This document shows, in pieces, positions 57,466 through 64,000 of a stretch of DNA of 64,000 nucleotides. Within the stretch, counting starts at the first letter, position 1. Each line of letters begins with the position of its first letter. This stretch comes from Eledone cirrhosa (taxonomy: Eukaryota): positions 8,804,001 to 8,868,000 of the forward strand of contig OZ024755.1 in NCBI GenBank assembly GCA_964016885.1, read 5' to 3'. The notes under the pieces are model-generated. The model saw nothing but the letters and a program-made list of their open reading frames with translations, was not told where the DNA came from and searched no databases. A program made the translations under genes and the position numbers.

Positions 57466-58773
57466 GGGGAAGAGAGAGATTAAAAATCATTAAAAACAAC
57501 ATTAGAATTATTCAATATGAAGAAAGTAAAGGCATCTGACTAATAATCGATCTCTTCTTAGACAAATATAATCAATGAGGCAGAGAAATACATTGGACTG
57601 GATGAACGACTCCGTTCAACCTCAAACTATTAACGTAACGAGTTATGTATGCATCGATGGATTGATTTTTGTCATTCACAAGGATTAAAGACATCGTTCT
57701 TCTTCTTCTTCTTCTTCTTCTTCTTCTTCTTCTTCTTCTCTATCTTCTTCTTTTTCATCCTTTCTTTTCTTCCTATTTATTTCTTCTATATTTATTATCC
57801 CTTTCTGTTAAAAGGTATAACAAAATTAAGGGATTTTTATTAATTCGTGATATTTCTAAGTTTTTCACTTGGGTGGTTGAAACGGAGGTGGTGGTGGTGG
57901 TTGTGGTGGTGGTGGTGGTGGTGGTTTTGGTTGTAGTTGTGGTGGTGGTGGTAGCTACAAATAAATGAATTTGATTTCTAATTCCTGGAGAAAAAAGGGG
58001 AAAAACATTCAAAGAAATATTTTTAAATAATACAGATCATATAAAAATTTTTACTCAGAAATGTCTTTCAAAACATCTCATTTAAATCTCTCTGAAATAG
58101 GAAAGAATTGTTAAGTGAAAGAGGTTCGAAATATTAGCAAAACTAATGTAACGTTGGCTTTCATTTTTTTTATTCAAATTACATGCTAAATGAATTATTA
58201 TTTGTAAAGTTTGTTAAATTCTTAAATTCTGTTTCCTTTTCCATGTTTCTTGGCGGCATGTACCCTTTGATGTTTTTATGCTGATTTTTCAGTAATTTTT
58301 ATATAATTTTTTATAAAGGTTTTGTGGTGGGAAAAAATCATTATTACAATCTGGATTTCTCTGAAATAGGTTTGAAAATTTGTGAAAAATTAATCAGCAA
58401 CGGTTTATTAATTCAATTTGAAAAATAATAAGACTATAAATTTCAACAAAAATCTTTAAATTAGCAATGCAGACAGAGACGGGCGTGAATAGATAGACGA
58501 AATGCAAAAAGAGAAAATGGAGGGAAGAGAGGGAAAGAGAGGGAAGGGGGTTGTAATAGAATAATGGAATAAAAATATGGAAAAATGGAAGAGAATAATT
58601 CATAGCAGCCATCAATCGTGCATATATATATATATATATATATACCATTGGTTATATATATATATATATCCAATGGTAATAGAGGTACCACATCTGTAAA
58701 GGGAATGAGCAAGGGTGGAAAAAGTGGGCAACGTCGATAGCGTCTTTACAGCTTTAACGTATGTATGTGTTTG

Positions 58774-58804
<31 letters not shown>

Positions 58805-58823
58805 ATTGACAGCCGATGTATAA

Positions 58824-59035
58824 TGGTTTCTGATCTAGGCACAAGGCAAACAATTTTGGGGGAGAAAAAGTCAATGAAACTGACTCCAGTGCGTTACTGG
58901 TACTTTATTTATCGACCCTATAACGGTGAAAGGCAAAGCTAACCTCGGCGGAATTTGAACTCAGAACATAAGGGCTGTAACTCTATGCCTCGAAGCAGCA
59001 TGTTGTCCAATGTTCTATGGATACTAACAATCCAA
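58824..59035 (-). mobile_element. SINE family A, long subfamily
   Basis: CTGGTACTTTATTTATCGACCC..GAAAGGCAAAGCTAACCTCGGCGGAATTTGAACTCAG. Confidence 0.85.
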
Positions 59036-59065
59036 CAAACTATGCACACACACACACGCACACAC

Positions 59066-59102
<37 letters not shown>

Positions 59103-59135
59103 CATTCACACACACATACAAACACACACATATAC

Positions 59136-59213
<78 letters not shown>

Positions 59214-59742
59214 TGTGATTGTTTTGCCTGAAATCAAGAATAAATAAGGTAAAAACAGTGATAAAAGCAACACCTAACCCTAAAGCCAAGTATCTCGTTG
59301 AAAGATATTCTACTCTAATTTATATGCGTCTTTCTTTGAGAAAGATTAGGATATATATTCAAGGTTACTTTTCCAATCATTTCTAATCTTTTAGCAAATA
59401 TATGATCTCCTTCACTTTTAGCGTTTTAACCATTTTGTCAACATTTCGTCTAATGAAAGACGCATTTTTATAGTTTTCAATCATTAGACTGCGATTTCTT
59501 TGGGCCGTTGCCCTAATTAAATCATTCATATTGAGCCCAGAACTTGTTTTCTCATGCCTGATATCTATTTCATCGATCACTTTGTTGTCGAATCACCAAG
59601 TTAAAGGATATAAACGCAGATGAATAAAGTGGTATATAGTAATATAACCAACTTTCTCTTTGTTAAGCTAGTGTTTGGAGCATAACTTAACAAAGGCTCT
59701 TATATAACTTTATGATAGATGTATTTAAGATAAACATAAAAA

Positions 59743-60006
59743 TTTGACCCTTTCATTACTATAGGTCTAATGAAAGATTATGCTTATGATTTTTAAATTA
59801 TCGTGAAAATAACCAAGAATTTTTGTGTGGCAAGGGGTGGAGTTACTATCGTTTTCATTAGCCTTGTGTGTCGGAAATAGCAAAACACACATTCTTACGT
59901 AAAATTACGATGGAAAGTTTAGATAAGCATACACACTTTAAAATAAGCAACTCAATAAATTAGACCCAGGGGTGATTTCAGGCGGTTTACTATCAAAAGG
60001 TGTTAA
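59743..60006 (+). mobile_element. piggyBac-like MITE (decayed)
   Basis: TTGACCCTTTCATTAC ... TATCAAAAGGTGTTAA; related to 6096-6250. Confidence 0.45.
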
Positions 60007-60593
60007 TCGAGGTGGAATGAACGAGATAAAGTGTGTGACGAAGAACCGTCAAAAGAAGGTACATATGGAAAAGAGTAACGAAGGCTATGTCTTCTATAAG
60101 CGAGCATTGAGAGTTTACCTCAACACCAGTTGATTCTTGTTCTGTGTTTACTTTCGTGTGTGTAAGTCTATATGAGTGTGTACGTCCGCGTATGCGTGTA
60201 TCTCATATGTGTTTTGTTTATTTTGCGATCATACAGTAATGTTTATAAATGTTCTCTTTCATTTGATAATCAATGATAGATGTGAGCAAAAAACTAAAAC
60301 ATTCTACACAAACCTATTTACCCACATCGTTTGATCTGTGGTTGCTTAAATATTTATCAATCAGATAAAACACAAGACAACCAACGGTGGAGGGGTGTGT
60401 ATCGTCATGTTTTTTCATCCATAATATATGTTAATGGAAGAGAGTCTCACACACACGCATATATATACACACACACAAACACACATATACACAAACATAC
60501 ACTCACACACTCACGCACAAACAAACACAAAAAAACCCAAACACACAAAGACACATATTTATAATACTCATGATTTACATACATACTTTATAA

Positions 60594-60733
60594 TGAAGGT
60601 ACGTGGCTTAGTCGTTAGAGCGTACGGATCACGATTGTAGTGTTGTGAATTCGATTCCTGGCATCACATTGTGTCGTTGGGCAAGTCACTGTATTTCACA
60701 CTGCTCCCGGCCAATCAGATGGCAAAAATAAGT
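60594..60733 (+). mobile_element. tRNA-derived SINE family B
   Basis: TGAAGGTACGTGGCTTAGTCGTTAGAGC..GAATTCGATTCCTG..TGTGTCGTTGGGCAAGTCACT. Confidence 0.8.
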
Positions 60734-60744
60734 TCTATAATAAG

Positions 60745-60771
<27 letters not shown>

Positions 60772-60775
<4 letters not shown>

Positions 60776-60930
60776 ACAGATTAAAGTTAAAGTTTAAGCA
60801 AAGAATCGTTGCTTTCACCCTTAACGGGATCTTCTGAAACTAAAAAACATCAATCTGTGGACGCAGAAGTAAATATTTCGAAAAACGTTGCAACCGGATT
60901 TTAGTCTTCACCTTTATTATTATTACTATA
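60772..60930. mobile_element. CAGAAGA-hammerhead family, inverted two-part insertion in (TA)n
   Basis: 60772-60866 is the reverse complement of ~31994-32081; 60896-60930 is a direct copy of 32148-32182. Confidence 0.75.
60791..60841 (-). ncRNA. Type I hammerhead variant (CAGAAGA core)
   Basis: AGUUU-CAGAAGA-UCCC(GUUAA)GGGU-GAAA-GCAA(CGAUUCU)UUGC-UU-AAACU; all three stems form; predicted CUU cleavage between 60796 and 60795. Confidence 0.7.
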
Positions 60931-60937
60931 TATATGC

Positions 60938-61077
60938 ATTCATTTATTATGGCTATTGGGGAGTTTTGTTACTGAAGTTTTACCTGCGCACTCACAGGAT
61001 CACCAATCTTGTTTGATGATCCTGTGACCACGGAGGTGAGACTCCCGAGTAACAAGGCTTAGCCATAATAAATGAAT
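60938..61077. mobile_element. Older fold-back insert with a decayed hammerhead in each arm
   Basis: ATTCATTTATTATGGCTA/TAGCCATAATAAATGAAT, TTGTTACT/AGTAACAA and TCACAGGATCA/TGATCCTGTGA pairings. Confidence 0.7.
61007..61057 (+). ncRNA. Decayed type I hammerhead
   Basis: UCUUGU-UUGAUGA-UCC...GGU-GAGA-CUC(CC)GAG-UA-ACAAGG; C3U and A14G substitutions. Confidence 0.55.
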
Positions 61078-61528
61078 ATTTAAACAATACTTCGGTATTG
61101 AGTTTTCATTCTTACGTCCGTCAATAATTAACGTACTCTCAGGTTTTGAATAATCGTCCACCTTATTAATTTGTCAGATACCCACCGGCGGGGGGGGGGG
61201 TTATTTCCCAACCTCCACCCGCTTATTAAATTTTGCTAATCTATCCCCGGCTAAATTCTATCTCGATAACAATTAACACCAAACTCTCCCCCTTTCTATA
61301 TCTATATATATATCTCCCACCCATCTCTATATAACATCTACATAAATTGTAGCGCATATACACATAGATGTGTGTTTTGGTACTTGGGGAGAAAATATAA
61401 TTACTGGGGGAATGACCATTTGCTAGTGCATTGTATGGTTTTCAAAATTATTTAAATTTGTGTTTCCTATTCAACAATGCTTCACGCAAAGTACAACACT
61501 GTTATATATATATATATATCATTGAAGG

Positions 61529-61565
<37 letters not shown>

Positions 61566-61577
61566 TGCGTTCGTGCA

Positions 61578-61621
<44 letters not shown>

Positions 61622-61899
61622 CGTGTGTGTGTGATTTAACAAAATTGACATTTCATTAGGATTTGTCGAAAGAGACCATTTGATTTACTACCACAGTGAT
61701 TGTGTATAAATATTTTAACGTAAATAATAAATTATAAAATGATTAATAGCTGATGTAATAAAACATTTAACATTGCTAATTAACAAAATATTTCAAATCA
61801 GAAATGTTTGTATAAACACTAGTAAAGCATTTCGAGAATTTGAATATCTGCTTTCGTTGTTTACAAGTTGGCAGAGTCGTTACAATGTTGCCTTTAGTG

Positions 61900-62224
61900 A
61901 CACTCCGTCGGTTACGACGACGAGTGTTCCAGTTGATACGATCAACGCAAAAACCTGCTTGGCTCATAAAATTAACGTACAAGTAGCTGAGCATTCCACA
62001 AACATGCGTACCCTTAACGTAGTTCTCGGGGAAATTCAACGTGACACAGAATGTGACAATTCTGCTCCTTCGAATTACAAGTACAATTCATCTTTCTCAG
62101 CTGAGTAGACTGGAACAATGTGAAATAAAGTGTCTTGCTCAAAGACACAGTGCATTGCCGGGAATTGAACTCACTGCCATACGTGTGTGAGCCGAATAGC
62201 CCATCCACAAAGCTATGCACCTTT
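61900..62224 (-). mobile_element. SINE family B, long form
   Basis: Reverse strand tRNA head, TGTGTCTTTGAGCAAGACACTTTATTTCAC box and a ~200-bp 3' domain shared with 1420, 8060 and 48250. Confidence 0.85.
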
Positions 62225-63120
62225 AATGCCTTGCTAAATGCTCAGACTTTTGCGCTCTGTGTTCCAATACCACGAAGGTAAAATTTGTCTTTCATTCTTT
62301 AGGGATTCAAATCTGGTGGATTGGCGGAATTGTTAGCGTATCCAACTCTGTGCTTTCTTGGTTCAAATCTCGCCTCCTCTCACTGGAAAAGGAAATGCTT
62401 CTGCCAGGAGTTGCGATCGGGAAATATTGTGCATCGTTCTGAATTTACCAAATCTTTCTCTCTTTCTCCCCCTCATTAGAAATATCGTAACGTAACTAAA
62501 GTTTTAATACTTATATAAATATATTCTATCATAATTTTATATTTTTTTTTAATTTTATGTTAAGCTATGAACACCAACTTGAGGAAAACCTTTGTTATTT
62601 TACTAAATCACTCAGAATTCTTGATTATTTTCAAAATGCTTTGAAATCCATAGGCAGGCGCTTTATTTGGAAATTTTGTAATAAAATGGATAAATCAGAA
62701 GTCATGATATCGTGGGTTGTGCTTATGTTGCTCCCAATATTCCGGTACAAAATTAGTTTTAGATTGAATATTAATGTAAAACACGACACTCATTTGAATA
62801 TAATGAATAAATAAGTATAATTCGAAAGTTTCTAAGTCTAAAACCGATTTGTAATCTCCTCTCTGTATCCCAGTTGTGTTATCAGAATACTCTTCACTTG
62901 AATGACTCGAGAATTATATTCTATACAGTACAGTAAATCCTATGTATTCTAACAATCGTCACCATCAGAATCTACTATAGTTTGCATTATTCATAGTTTT
63001 CCACTGAAGTAACTATATAAGAAAAGTAAGTAGTGTATCCAGCGAGGTTTTTTTTTATCTAAAGTTGTAGTGCTGTCACATTTTTCTCCATTGTTCAACA
63101 GTAAATATTTTTTTCTGTGT

Positions 63121-63286
63121 CGACACAGCATGACTGAATGGTTAAGAGGTTCGCTTCACTAGCATAAGGTCTCAGGTTCGATACCACAGCATGGCATCTT
63201 AGACAGGTATCATTAACCATAGCCTATGGACGACTCAAGCTTTATTATGAAAACTTAGTTAAAGGAAACTGTTCAGAAAATCGTCG
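63121..63286 (+). mobile_element. tRNA-derived SINE family C
   Basis: GACACAGCATGACTGAATGGTTAAGAGGTTCGC..GGTTCGATACCAC..GGAAACTGTTCAGAAAATCGTCG. Confidence 0.72.
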
Positions 63287-64000
63287 AATTTCCTTCTATT
63301 TCAAATTTTATTTAACAAGTACCAGTCTTGTACTGGTGTCGATCCAATCGGTTAGAAACTCTTCTCTAAAATAATTGATTATGTGCCATGTATATTTTCG
63401 GAGTAGACACTTTCAACATACCTTCTACAATGATTTTAACGTACTTCAGTTACATAATCGGAGAGAAATACTACTGATAAAATATTCATCTGCAGCAATA
63501 AATCTACTGTCAGACTAAAACTTCAGATTGTTTTCATTCTACATTCATAAGTATAATGCTAAAATGCATGTAGTGCTCAGAATCCATTTAAAACTAAATA
63601 TATCCAAGATATTCGAGGGAAGAAGGAAGAGAGGGAGAGAGGGTTGCCCTCAAACCGGAGACCTACTATTTTAAACCCCCCAAAAGGCAGAAATTTTTTT
63701 ATCGTTGTTGCATGTAGATGAATGAAAAAGTATAATAGCCATTATAATAGCAATTATAATAGCCATCTTTAACCATCTCCATCAACCTATGGAGACTTAC
63801 ATAAGTAAAGGCTATGACAACCCATCAAATACATCAACAACAGCAAACTGTGTCTACCAATTTACATATTATTTGTGCTTACCGTGATAGTTAATTTAAT
63901 TATATATTAAACAGTGCACAATGGGATGAAGTATATTACAAATTTGTATATCTACAGAATGCTAAAGTATTTAACTCAAGCCTCGAGAAATAAGTATATA

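Overview
AT-rich, microsatellite-saturated eukaryotic DNA with no credible host exon, i.e. a large intron or gene desert. The tRNA-derived SINE families resemble those I recall from octopod cephalopods (inference, not verified by search). Almost every ORF in the supplied track is a translation of (TA)n/(TC)n/(CA)n/(CAT)n repeats. Recognisable content: three tRNA-SINE families (several with target-site duplications), short 3' fragments of RTE and CRE non-LTR retrotransposons, and a few DNA-transposon MITEs. The standout signal is a set of sequence-unrelated, short non-coding inserts in (TA)n tracts. Most are asymmetric fold-back palindromes and many carry hammerhead ribozyme (HHR) folds. Complete type I folds are at 6683-6743(+), 20059-20123(+), 49165-49224(-), 49295-49354(+) and 60791-60841(-, U4A core variant), plus several half or decayed cores. 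Palindrome apices coincide with ribozyme stems or small hairpins, and the short arm usually stops at an internal TA that merges into the microsatellite. This suggests ribozyme-processed, Penelope-like/retrozyme-type RNAs copied into (TA)n by two-sided priming. All folds were assigned by eye and none has been tested.
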